64,000 nucleotides of DNA from Moniliella sp. 'wahieum' (taxonomy: Eukaryota): NCBI GenBank assembly GCA_003971905.1, contig RSEE01000004.1, positions 620,001 through 684,000 of the forward strand, given 5' to 3'. Shown in pieces: positions 11,638 through 23,638 of this stretch. Each line of letters starts with the position of its first letter. Position 1 is the first letter of the stretch. Both the position numbers and the translations under genes were made by a program. The notes under the pieces were generated by a model. The model worked only from the letters and a program-made list of their open reading frames with translations. It was not told where the DNA came from and searched no databases.

Positions 11638-14600
11638 ATGTCGTGTGGAACGCCCGTCGCGACGGCAACATACTACCGCACCACCCTCATCACTCACCAT
11701 CTACCCCTCCTCCTCCCCTTCACCTGCCTCCGCTTCTGCCTCTCCGTCGGACTCTCAGACACAGTCTGGCTCAAGCAGCAGCACCCATGCTGCCCCATCC
11801 TCCGCCTCCCCCTCCTCTTCCTCATCCGTCACCACCGCTTCACCGGTCTCGACTCTTACCGGCCCCCCGACCGTCACCCTTTCGTCGACTTCTGCACCGT
11901 CGTCATCGCCCCTCTCCAGCTCTGCTTCACACCTCCCCACGCCTGCTTCCTCGTCAGGCGTGGCCAGTGCAAGCTCTGGCGCCACCGCCTCCAGCGCGAG
12001 GCCGTCAAGCTTCAGCGCCCAGCCAACGAGTACTCCTACCTCTTCTCAAGAGTCGCTCTCTCCATCGCTTAGTCCGACCAGTTCCGGCGCTTTCTCCTCC
12101 CCAGCTACCTCCCGACCGACCAGCTCGGACGTGACGCCGGTACCGGCCTCCTCCACGGAGGCAACATCCACAGCAGGAGTCTCTTCGGACACCCTTACTT
12201 CAGGGTCCCATTCTGCCACGGGGTCTGCTCCTTCCAGCGTACAACAATCCTCCCCGGTACCCACCTCCTCCGATGGCACCTCCCGTCCGCCTGCATCTTC
12301 GTCGGAAACGCCTACTACATCGCAGGGGACGACGAGTTCTGATGCCCAAACGAGCACCCAACCACAGAGAAGCTCTGCACTGCCCACAAGCTCTGGACTG
12401 CCGACCAGCACCCAGGCTCAGACAACGTCCCATGCCCAGACGACGTCTCAGCAGCATCCCACGTCGCAGCAGACTACCTCTGAGCCCCAAACCACATCTC
12501 AAAGTCCCACCACATCCCAGCCTCAAACCACATCCCAGCATCCCACCACGTCGGAGCCACAAACCACATCTCAGCGGCCTACCACATCCCAACAACCAAC
12601 CACATCCCAACAGCCAACCACATCCCAACGGCCAACCACATCCCAACGGCCGACTACCTCTCAACGGCCGACTACCTCGCAGCAGCCGACTACCTCGCAG
12701 CGACCTACCACGTCTCAGCAGCCAACTACGTCTCAGCGGCCGACTACATCTCAACGACCGACTACCTCTCAGCAGCCCACTACCTCTCAGCGGCCAACCA
12801 CGTCGCAGAGACCTACCACGTCGCAGCAGCCCACTACGTCGCAGCGACCTACCACGTCGCAGCAGCCCACTACCTCCCAACGGCCAACCACGTCGCAGCA
12901 GCCCACTACCTCCCAACGGCCAACCACGTGCAGCAGCAGCCCACTACCTCCCAACGGCCAACCACGTCGCAGCAGCCTACCACGTCTCGGCAGCCCACTA
13001 CCTCTCAGCAGCCTACCACGTCTCGGCAGCCCACTACCTCTCAGCGGCCCACTACCTCTCAGCGGCCCACTACATTGCAACAGCCCACCACATCCCACGA
13101 GCCCACCACATCGACCCATGCTACAAGCACCCATAGTGGTAATGGTCAAGGGGGACAACGTCCAACCATAATGGTGGCACCAGCGACTCGCCTACTTCGA
13201 ATGGATCCAGGTCAACCTCCACTGCGGGAAATACTAGCGCGAATGGAAGTGGCAATGGCGGTTCGAACACAGGCAATGGCTCGTCCCACACGGGTGGGGA
13301 CAACAATGGAGGCACTACGTCGGGCGGTACAGGGCAACATACCTCTCATGCAGGGGGTGGGGAAACTTCAAGTGCCGATCAAGGGGACGGAAGCAGTGGA
13401 AGCGGTTCAGGCTCCTCGCCCGGCGGAGAATGGATGCGAGGCGTGCCCCCGTACCGCGGCCCACGGCCATGGCTGCCACCCAGCTGCCAAGCAGCGTGAT
13501 GGAAGTGGTGGGGGTGGGTACCAGATCCAAGTGGAAACGAGCCTGATTCCGATCACCACATTATATTCCACCCGGCGTGTGAGGCTGCAACGGTGACCAA
13601 GACAGCTACCGCGGCGGAGCCAACCGATACGGGTCTGGTCACCCTGACCTCGGTGGTTGTCGTTCCAGGAACCACGATCCCGGGGGTGACCACGGTGCCC
13701 GCGATGACGGAAACAATGACTTCCACAGCGGTTGTGGTCGTTGGCGATGATCCGCAAGGTGGCTTGGCCAATGGAGGAAGTCGCGCAGGCGATTCTCAAA
13801 ACAAATCCTCTAATGCGGGGCAATCGCTGGAGGTACCGTGGGGGGGGTGGCGGGTGCCGTTCTGATCCTCTTGGCCTTGCTTCTTTTCTGGCGCAAACGG
13901 TCGCGCAATCGCATCGATGATGCCGATGCCGCCGCCCTGGCCCGTGCGGGTGAAGCACCGGGTCCGTCAGGTGGCGAAGGAGAAAAGCCTCGAGAGCGCT
14001 CCCGTTTGGCCACGAGACTGAGTTCAGCCTTGGGCTTTGCCTCGTCGCACCCACAATTGGATCGTCTCTTCACGCCGGCTGCTTGAACGCTGCTCGGGGC
14101 ATGGCCACCACCCCTACACCGATGACGATTTCGAGCAGCCAGCCGCGGGCACGGGCGGGGCGAGCGTAGATATGAACCATGGGAACCGCGATCTGGAGGC
14201 CTCACCAGCCCATCTTGCCCCGACCGATGGCGTCGGGGGTGCTGCTGAGGCATGGCTGCGACGCCCGAAGCTGAAGGGGATGCTTTGTCACTCGGCATGC
14301 CACTCAACCGTCTTGGACTTCTTCGTTGGCCTACCCTGGCAGCATCTCCGACCCGACTGGTTCAGATGGCACCCACCCCGACTGGGCCTCGCGTGCCGCT
14401 GGTCCGTCCAACCCTTTTGCGGCAGATGCTGTCTACCCACGCCACTATGCTGGACTCAACCCTGAGGATGGGCGGCGTACTATGCTGGTGTCGGGCACCA
14501 ATCCAAGTTCGTCCGTCAGAAGGGGGACAGCAGACGGCCAACTTGGTTGGTCAGCTCGGGGTCGGACAGGGGCTTACGTCGGACCGTGTCCATCCAGCTG

Positions 14601-15393
14601 TAGCTGCGGTGCAGCAGCAGCGCGGAACAACATACACCTGACCATCCGTACCAACCGGGCCACTACTCTCCTTTTGGTCAGCCGGGATGGAGGGGCGCGG
14701 GTATGACCCAGCGATGCTAGAAGCGTATCATACGCCTGTCGAAAGTAGGAACACCGGCTCGGAGGAGACCCTTCTCCCTTTGACGATCCTCGCCCTGGGA
14801 CTGGTTACTCACCGACGCAGAGGGAACGCTGCCTGTTCTGTACCCCCAACATGCCTCGTCATCCCAAACGTGGCGCACTCGATGGATGGCTTACTGGAAT
14901 GGGCGATGGTCTGCAGACGTTGGCCGAAGGGCGAGCCAGGGACCGGGCCACACTCGTGCCTCAATCCGGAGGGGACGCTGTCGATGCCGGCCTGCATTTG
15001 CGCGAGGGTCCGGCGGGGCAGCAAGGCCAAGTGCGCACCGTTCCCACCGTCACCGCCGTCGTATCGCCGTACGGCCGCGCGGCTCCTCTCCGCCACTCGT
15101 TCTCTGCCAGCATCTCCGACATTCACGGTACCTCGTCCCTCTCGCATGGCCCTTCGAGCTCGAGCTCGCACCACTGGCCGGCTCACACGGCCGATCCTAA
15201 CCCCTTTTTTGATCCAACATCCGATGCTGCTGGCATGTATCAACCCGACCAGCCCGATTCAAGAGAAGGAAGCCGACTGCTGCCTCACTTCTCGCACGGT
15301 GAAGAGGGATCTATCACTGAAGGGCGCAGGCGGATTGGGTCTTATCCCTCACCCTATGCTCACTTACCCATGGACGAGTTGCCCGATGCCTAG
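11638..15393 (+). CDS. Large Ser/Thr-rich mucin-like single-pass membrane protein (Mid2/Msb2-type architecture); frameshifted
   Basis: Several hundred S/T/P-rich residues, a tandem PTTSQQ/PTTSQR array, TM segment GGVAGAVLILLALLLFW followed by RKRSR (about 13840-13910), then low-complexity cytoplasmic ORF pieces to 15393. Confidence 0.7.
12440..13110 (+). repeat. 18-bp coding minisatellite encoding PTTSQ(Q/R), more than 30 copies
   Basis: CCCACTACCTCTCAGCAG / CCAACCACGTCGCAGCGA-type units directly visible. Confidence 0.95.
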
Positions 15394-18227
15394 CTTTTCT
15401 CTCTCTCTTCTTCGTGCCCTCGCCCCGTCTCCTCCCCCATTTATTCCTCCTTCGGGACTATCCGTCTTGCTGGTGGCCCCATCCTTGTCGTACCTGCATT
15501 TTCCCTCTGTCTTCTGTTCGCTATGATGTCCTTGTTCATGTCGCGTCTTTGAATACGTTTTATGCCGTCAGTAGATCTGATTGGAAAACCCTGTCCGATG
15601 TAGGCTGGACCAAACCCCCTAACCGCCTATAGGCTTCAGTGAGCCTAAGGAAAGATCGCACTGGTAGCGTGTGGCTGCATGTATCCATCCCTTCTTGAAC
15701 CACTCTCTTCACCCTGTCCATCGTTTCTTTCCCCTATTAGAGCCACTGTCGGGTCCTGTTAAGCACACAAGCATGTAGTAGCGACCTCTGGCGCCTCCCT
15801 CCAACGGTCACACATGTCACATTCGACCCCCGTCTGAATTCCTTCAACCCATTTTGTCTTTTGCAACCCTTGAGCAGGATCACCGGAACCGCTTTTCGCC
15901 CACCGCCAGGCTCATTCACCCAGCGTGTGCTGCAGTCCAATCCCACCCTATTAGGAGGTCTTCAATGGCGTCCGCACTGGATCTTTACTTGTTCCTGCAA
16001 CTCGTCTCCAAATCGCATGTGGCATTAGTGGCTCCAGAATAATCCTCTGGTAGACATGTGAGCGAGGAGGCAATGGTCATCTCGGCACCTTGGGACGCGG
16101 TGAACATGGCTGGGTGAGTGCCTTCCAGGCCAAGCCGACCCGTAGACTTTGAGCAGACTATACGGATCGGTGGGCAATGTACCACAGTAGCCTACGGACA
16201 AAAGGGCCCACAGGCTGGGTCGTGGCCAGGTGGCTCAGTCAAGGAGTTCATGGTCCAATCCGTGTAGGCAGAACACCATCCTTCAGTAACAGGCGAAGTG
16301 AATAAACTTCAGGTTAACCCCTAAAGGTTATCGATTATCCCTAACAAACTCGAGTAGGCCATCTACCTGCTAGAGAAGATGCTGGCAAGCATTGAAGATA
16401 CATAGAAAACGTAGATGCGACATGGATTTTTTCATGCGGCAGCCCGATCGACTGCTGGTCCAGGCAGAAAAAGGTCACGACAGGCGAGGTGACAGTCGCA
16501 GTTTTGGTAAGGCGCGTGGCGAGCAACGAGGTGCATCGAGCCAGGCTAAGGCAGAGCGAGCCGCTTACTTGGAGCGGGCACGCATCTTTCTGCGTTTACG
16601 GCGCAGACGGCGCATGCGTTTCTTCCTCCACTTCGCTCTCACTGCAAGGCAAGGCAAGGTCAGCACACTGCAGGAGGCAGACAGCAAAAGCAGCGGGCGC
16701 TCAAGCGCAGAGGCGACGTACTTTTGGGTTGACCGGACTGAGAACGCTGGTGGGGGAAACAGGAGGGGGAACAGAACATGGCCACTAAATAGACCCATCC
16801 ACTCGGCTGGAGCTAGGGTTGCGCTGGGCGCATTCGCCGCAGCACGGCATGGCTGCTGCAGTGCAGTGGTCTGCCCAAATAAATTACGGCGGCTCTGCTT
16901 CTGGGCCCTCTGAGCCCCCGAATTGACGTCAGCCTTAGTAGTCTCAATGTATCAGCCGTGTCGGCTCTGAGTGAGAATAATCGAGGAAGAGCAAGACCTG
17001 ACTGGTTTATAGGACTTGGACGTGGAAGAGGTTGTGACAACTCATTCTTGCCTGAGCCTCAGGCCTCAGACCACACATCCGTCGTTTACGAGTGTGGAAG
17101 TAATAGAGGTATCGGATGGTTGGCTATATCCTGCAGTCTCTTCTTTGGCAGCAACTCCGACGCACACCTGATGAGACCTGGAGTCCGGATGGTCCTCGAG
17201 GGTGATGCAATCGCACTAGTGGTGGTGGTGGTAATGGTCTAAGCCAACCAGCAACGCCTACTGAGGAACACCAAGCAGCGAGTCGCCACCAGGGGCTAAG
17301 CTGCGGAACAAGGAAAAACAGGAGAGAGAAAAAACAACGGAACTCCTAGGCCTGAGGAGGAACTGAAGGGACATTGGCCAAATAAGCACGAGCCACCTGG
17401 CTCAACAACACCCACAACCACGGTGACCCTCGAGTGCGTTTTTGTACTTGAGCAAACTGACCCATGGTAGTGGAAGCAGAGGATAGGAGTCGTAAATAAA
17501 CACAGCAGCTGTAGTGTTCTCCCTTCCTGATGGTACTTTGTCCGTAGGACTGCTGTGTTCTACTTTCAGTATCGTCGTCGGGGACGCATATTTTCTCTAC
17601 TGTGGTTGACTATAGAAACGGGTGGTATACAGAACCCGCATGGAGGACTATCCCACTTGTACTGTTGTATCCGGGACCGCTACACTTTTCACACCCCGCG
17701 TCTCCAATGTATAGGCATCTCTGATCTTCATTTTGACTCTGGTAGTTGATGAACCCTCACCTCATGGCGCATCATGGTAAGTATGGACTGGGAAAGCTGT
17801 CGCGAGCTCTTTATCGAATACACCGCCGTGTGCACCGAATGTGTTCAAGCTGTCCGTCTCCGTCTTCTATAGTGCATGATGAGATGTTGAGGCTGTCGGG
17901 GTTGTCTTGATCTTTCATAGCGCGCGGTACCGTGGAGTGCCCCTCTCTTAAGCCAGCACATAATATGGTGGTTCTATTTGCACTTGGTCAAGATCCCCTC
18001 AGTTCCTCCCCGGCATCACAGGGCTAAGCGCTTTGCTGTTTGCTCGCTTCTGCCTTCCTGTTTCGAGTCAGGCGCGGAGGCGACTACCTGCTCTGCTTAA
18101 TGCTACTCTCTGTGCAGGGGCCTTCGTCCATCACCACTTGGCGGTGCTACTACCGTCGAGAGGGCCATCAGGGCTCCATGCCTCTCATCACGCTCATCCT
18201 CATTCTGTTAGACCCGGGACCAAATCA

Positions 18228-18273
18228 TGGTCCACAGTGTTATTATTAGTTGGTCTACAGTGTTATTATTAGT
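18228..18273. repeat. 23-bp tandem duplication
   Basis: TGGTCCACAGTGTTATTATTAGT followed by TGGTCTACAGTGTTATTATTAGT. Confidence 0.9.
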
Positions 18274-19942
18274 GTTCGATCACTGGATGCGACCTCGACT
18301 ACACCAATGTGTTTTGTGATATTTAGGAGGAAAGAGCATAATCATGCTAGATGGTATACTGCATTGGCTCCACCCCGTTTTCCATCAGAGCAGGCAGATG
18401 GTGCGCATACTGTCCCACGCTAAATATCCCGCGGAGGCGAAGAGGAAGAGGACTTTTATATAGATCCTCTGTATTGCTGATGAAGGACGCCAAAGTTAGG
18501 AGCAATGGATATGGCACGTCTCTCAATAATACTAGGCGACAAGGGTATGTGATGTGATGCGGAAGATACACAAAAGCACGCGACAACACAGTCAATACAT
18601 AGGCACACGACGGAGTGGCTATAGCCCCCTTTTTTGAACGGGAGGTGTGTGTTGTGCGGATTTGACTGAGGCCATTGGCGTTGTTGTAGAGAGAGGCCGT
18701 GTCGCGCCACACACTCGTGTAGTGGTGCCGATAGTTCAAGAGCCCGAGTCCTTCCCGTTCATTCTTTCCGGGATCTCGTCAGAATCTTGGGGGCCGTTTA
18801 CGTCGGGTGCCGCTGCAAGCGGTGATCTGCCAGCCAACACTACATCTCTCCGTGAACTCACCAAACACCAGTATGCGTCACGGAATCCCTGCTCCGTCCT
18901 TCGGGCATTAAGGTCTCTGCGAAGACCTATGATGAATTGGGCGAGAGGTATCTACTAACGATTCATGGTGGCTGTTCACTGGCCGTCCGCACCAATACGG
19001 AGCTGAGATGGCTGAGAGTGTGTCTCGGGGAAAAGCATCCATTGGAGCTTGGAGCTTGAAGCTTGAAGCTTGAAGAAGATGCATATTGGTGGTGCATTGT
19101 GACATTGGCGTGGATTGGGCCAGCAAACTCGTGTAAAAGTAGTACAAAAGGAGACATGGGCCGGAGCCCTGCGGCATATGCCATGCAATCAAGAACAAGA
19201 GGAATGATTACTCGTTGAGATGAGCGTCTTCGGGCTTATTGTTGGATGGCCGATGGCTGCAATCAGAGGTGGTCTCTGTAGAGCAGGAGAATCCCGGAAG
19301 ATGAGAGATCGCGCGTAGAGGGTGCCCTTGGGGAAAAGACACAAGCTATATGTATACACCCTATTTATTAGCGGAGGGAACGTCTATGCACTAGTATGGT
19401 CGATCGCGTTGGCCATCGCCACCGGGTCAACTCAGTACTCAGGCCCCAGGGACTCAGGCCTCATTAGTCACTGCTTATATGTTCCAAACACTGAGCAGGT
19501 AGGATGGATCTGTAGTCTGTGAGCTACACACGGTCTGGTCAGTGTGCAGTGCGGAACCCACCTCGCTCTGGGTTGAAACGTGCGGACACAGCACATTGAA
19601 GGGAAGCCACTGGGGGCGCCCCCCCGCGATTCTCGCTCGGGGGCGCTTTCTATTAAGATCTCGCCCCTGTCACATGTCACAGAAGGCCAGCTCTGGCACA
19701 GAGACAGTGCCGATCCGATGAGCGCTTTTGCGCGGCCAAATGTAGGATGGCTTGCTTCATCGATAGATGATCCGTGATTGCATATATAACGTTGCGGGTA
19801 CCTAAGGGCCTAAGGCCTAATTCATCAGCATCACAAAGCAGTGCCTCCACTCTGCTATCCTCGCCACCTCCCCCCGTCTGTTCTTTGCGCCACCACCACC
19901 TCTACAACCAGCCTTACTGCTACCTCCTATTTGTTCGTCATC

Positions 19943-20448
19943 ATGGGAGCCTGCGCCCGGTTCATCGAGATCATTTTGGCCATTATCCTGCCCCCCCTGG
20001 GAGTCTTCCTTCGGGTGGGCTGTACCAGTCAGGTGAGTGCGGCCCTCGTCAACCATCGTGCGCATTTTGGAATCTTCAGCTGACCTCGAATCTCTCCTTG
20101 TCTCTCGCTGCAGTTCTGGATCAATGTTCTGCTCACGGTATGTTGTACCTCTCCATGGACATTTTCTTTTCCTATGTTATTGTTGATCAACAGAGGAAAC
20201 TGACTCATCTCTTCCTCCTCCCACTCTTTTCCTAAACTCGTGATTTTCACTCGTTGCTCCCCGCCATCTCGTCAATTGCCTCCCCCCTTCCCCAACGATT
20301 TCCGATAAAAAGATTCTCGGGTACTTCCCAGGTACGTTTTGCTGTATCCACGCCCGACCTCATCAGTCGTATGATATATCGGCTGACATGTGCACCTTTT
20401 TCAACTATAGGGCTGATCCATGCTCTGTGGATCGTGTTGCGCGATTGA
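19943..20448 (+). CDS. PMP3: Plasma membrane proteolipid Pmp3 family, 4 exons
   Basis: Exons 19943-20032, 20114-20137, 20313-20331 and 20411-20448 with GT..AG introns splice to MGACARFIEIILAIILPPLGVFLRVGCTSQFWINVLLTILGYFPGLIHALWIVLRD. Confidence 0.95.
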
Positions 20449-21377
20449 GTTCGTCGCGGTGGGCGTGAAGACGATGGACATGCGGGCCAAGACAACTCTG
20501 CAGTACCCTTCGGATACCCCACGCGTTATGCCCCGATCCTCGATCAGTGCGCCCGACCTTGTGGACCCTCCCCTGTTTTGGACTGTTTGCTTCCGGCACT
20601 CTCCTTCCGACGTCCTGCCTCCTCTTGGAAGTCAGGCACGTCTGGATGGCTGCTCCCCAACGATACTACTACATATCACTTCCCCTTCGTTCCGACCAAG
20701 CTACTCTGTAGCGTCTCTTGACAATGGTCAATAATGTGTGACCCTTGCCTCGGCTAGCCTCACGTCCGCCTGTTGGCAGACACCAGGTTGGGTACCGCGT
20801 AGCTCCTTGATCAGGACCTTGAAACCTGTTTTCTTTCATTTATATTCGCGGATCAGCGGCCGCGTAGGACGGGAGGATGATGTAGCAGGGACCCTAGTTG
20901 GCAGGGAAGTGTACTGCATATGTGATCCAAGTACTTGGTGCAGACAGGACAGTGGCTTACAGTATCAGCGTCGCCGAGGGTCTGTCTGGGGAAGATATCA
21001 TCTCCACTCCCTCACGCACTACAACCAAAGTAAAGTAGAAGGGCTACTCAGTGTGGAAAGCCGAGAAAAAGATATAGATGTAACAGCAAGGTGGAAAGCA
21101 GGGGTCCTGTGCATTTTGGTTCCTGCACCGTGGGTGCTCGAGTCAACGCTAGCTTCGGCAGCTCCAGCCTGCCCATGCCCTCAAAATACATGTGCTGGAG
21201 CAGATCCAAAGTATCGCTGGGTAGCTGCACCCCAACGGCAGAGACATGCAGCATGCAGCAGCACGGACAAACAACCAAAGGAGGGCGGAGAGGGAAAAGC
21301 AGAGAGGCAAGCAAGATCGCACGTATCATCCTTCCTCCAAGATCATTCCGAACGCGCGTTACATGCAGGACATTTGC

Positions 21378-22820
21378 TCAGAGCCACTGGTTGCGGTCAA
21401 AGCCAGGGTCCTGAAGGAAGGCGCAAAGAACCTTGGAGCCCGTTTGAAGCAGCGGGTGGCCCGCTACGATCTGAATGAAACGCTCCAGCCCTTCGCGTCG
21501 CGTCTCAACCACTTCTTCGCTGAAACGGTTGGTAAAGACCTTGCCTGGGAGCGGAGGGATGTTGACCCGACTGCTCTCGCGCTCAAGAATATCACGAAAG
21601 TATTCAAAGTCGCTGTACCGCCGGCGAACGCTGCTGTAGCGCATCTTGAACGCCGGAATGTTGGTCTGCACACACATACACGCATGGGTTAGGAACTAGA
21701 GCACTCCAAAGACCAAAGAGCCGGCATGAGACAGGTGCGTACCCTCGTGATGATTTCATAGTCGGTAAACTGTTTGCGGCCATACCCATGCGTTAAAGCG
21801 TTGCGCACCTCCACCTCCAAGTTCTCCGGCACGCCGTACATGTCCTCTGGGTTCTCCTTCTGCACCGGGGCGCTGGGCAGGCGGGCAAAGGGAGACGAGT
21901 AGGCAGCGACAGAGGAGTTGTACTGGTACCCACCAGGCAGAGTCGTCTGCGACGACCGCCAGCCGTTGCGGTCGAAGCAAACGCCGCATACGGCGCCGAG
22001 TTGTGGCTGGCAAACGCGCGGTGCGATGCACCCCCCGGCACGGGCGTTGATCCAGCCCGGGTAGTTGCCTTGAATGCACCAGGCGGAATGCCGGAACCCA
22101 CCCCGGAACCAGTGCCGGTGCGGGCGGACGAAGTTGGCGCTGCCGCACTGGTAGGAGGGGAGGACGCCACGTCAGGTCCGGAGGGCGAGGTCATCGCTCG
22201 TTGCACCGGTGCGCCCAGGCCGTCCGAGTCCTGGGCCAGACGGCGCGGGGGGGAAGAGTGAATATGCGCATAGGCCGAGGAAGGGGAGTGGGGAGAGGCC
22301 CGCGATGCAGACGGGGATGTGGAGCTGGGGTGAGATGCGGTCCTACCTAGCGCCGACGCGGGCCGGCTCGGGCTGGGTCGGGGGGGACGTGCAGGAGCAG
22401 GCGTGGTCGTCCAAGCATCGTCTGCGGTCGCAGGGCCCTCGTCCAGATCGTCCGCCAGATCGCCCACGTGCTGCTGGAAGGCGACCGAAGGCAGGATCGG
22501 CTTGAAGGGAGCCGCCTGGGCCGGGGCAGGAGCAGACGCAGGCGGCTGCGACGGCCGCGGCGGCACTGCATTGAACCCAAACCCACCTGCCTCGTCGTCG
22601 TCGTTGTTGTAGTTGTTGTCGCTGGCAGGCGTGTCCAGTGCGAGACTTGCGAGGCCACTGGTGAGCGAAGGGGTGGGGCGGAGAGAAGAGCTGGGCGGTG
22701 CTGGGCAGGGTGCTGGGCAGGCAGAGGGCGAGTCGAGAGCCAGGGCACTGGACGCGGGGGGGCGCCCCAGGGCGCATCCTCGTCTTCGTCGTCGTGCTCA
22801 GCCTGCCACACGGAAGCCAT
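21378..22820 (-). CDS. SNX3: Sorting nexin-3 (PX domain) with a long low-complexity N-terminal extension
   Basis: [34 protein letters not shown], intron (about 21742-21666), then [48 protein letters not shown]...[18 protein letters not shown]. The start at 22820 is less certain. Confidence 0.88.
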
Positions 22821-23638
22821 GGCGCGGGAGGGGTGGAGGTGGCAATGTCGGCCGCTGGAATGGGCGTGGAGAGGCGCGCAGCCGCTGGTTCGCCGCACGG
22901 CCTCGCAGGCTCTAACCAGCGCCGCGCTTACCTACGCACCCGCCTCATTCCAACGTTCAAAACCTGCGGTTGCCCGCGGCTGAGCTGTGAAATTGAACCT
23001 TTGAAGCTTCGAGCTGGCGACCCGTTCGACGGACGGGCCTATCTCTCCTAAGTTGTCTGCTGGTCGGACGAGCAGGTGGCAGGCCATCAGCTCCACACAT
23101 CTCCCACCGCTTACGCGCATCGACACGTGTCTCAAAGGACAGTCTACCCATACACCAGATCGCCAAACGAGACACAGAAACACGGGGCAGATTTGAGGCA
23201 AGAGGGGGCGAAACAGATGAATATACGTAGACGTGTGTGCGATCGGGGGGGGAGGGTTAGGCAGGGTGGCAGGAGTGAAACTTGGCCAGGAGTGGAGCAA
23301 AGCAGATTGAATGAGAGGAGTGGGGAGGGAGGGACGAGAAAGGGCAATGTGCAAATGACAAAAGAACAATACGAAAACACAAAAGAGTCCTTGCAAGGGC
23401 AGAATATCGGTCAGGTGTGGCAACGCAGATATCAAACGGAAGACATGCATGCGGTGACGCAGCGTAACGATAAAGAGAAAGAAGGGGAGCGAGTGGGACG
23501 GGGTATGCATCCTCTCTGGACTCAGCCAAAGGAACGGATCTGGGCTAGAAGACCAAGAGACGGTGATTGGATTGGAATGGTGGATCCAGCAACTCAGCCC
23601 ACCGCAGAGCATAGCATGTTCCGGGCAGACCAAGAAAC

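Noticed and set aside
12440..13110. Long regular repeat array as a CRISPR or satellite candidate
   Set aside because: The units are contiguous 18-mers without spacers and are in frame within a mucin-like ORF; the DNA is eukaryotic.
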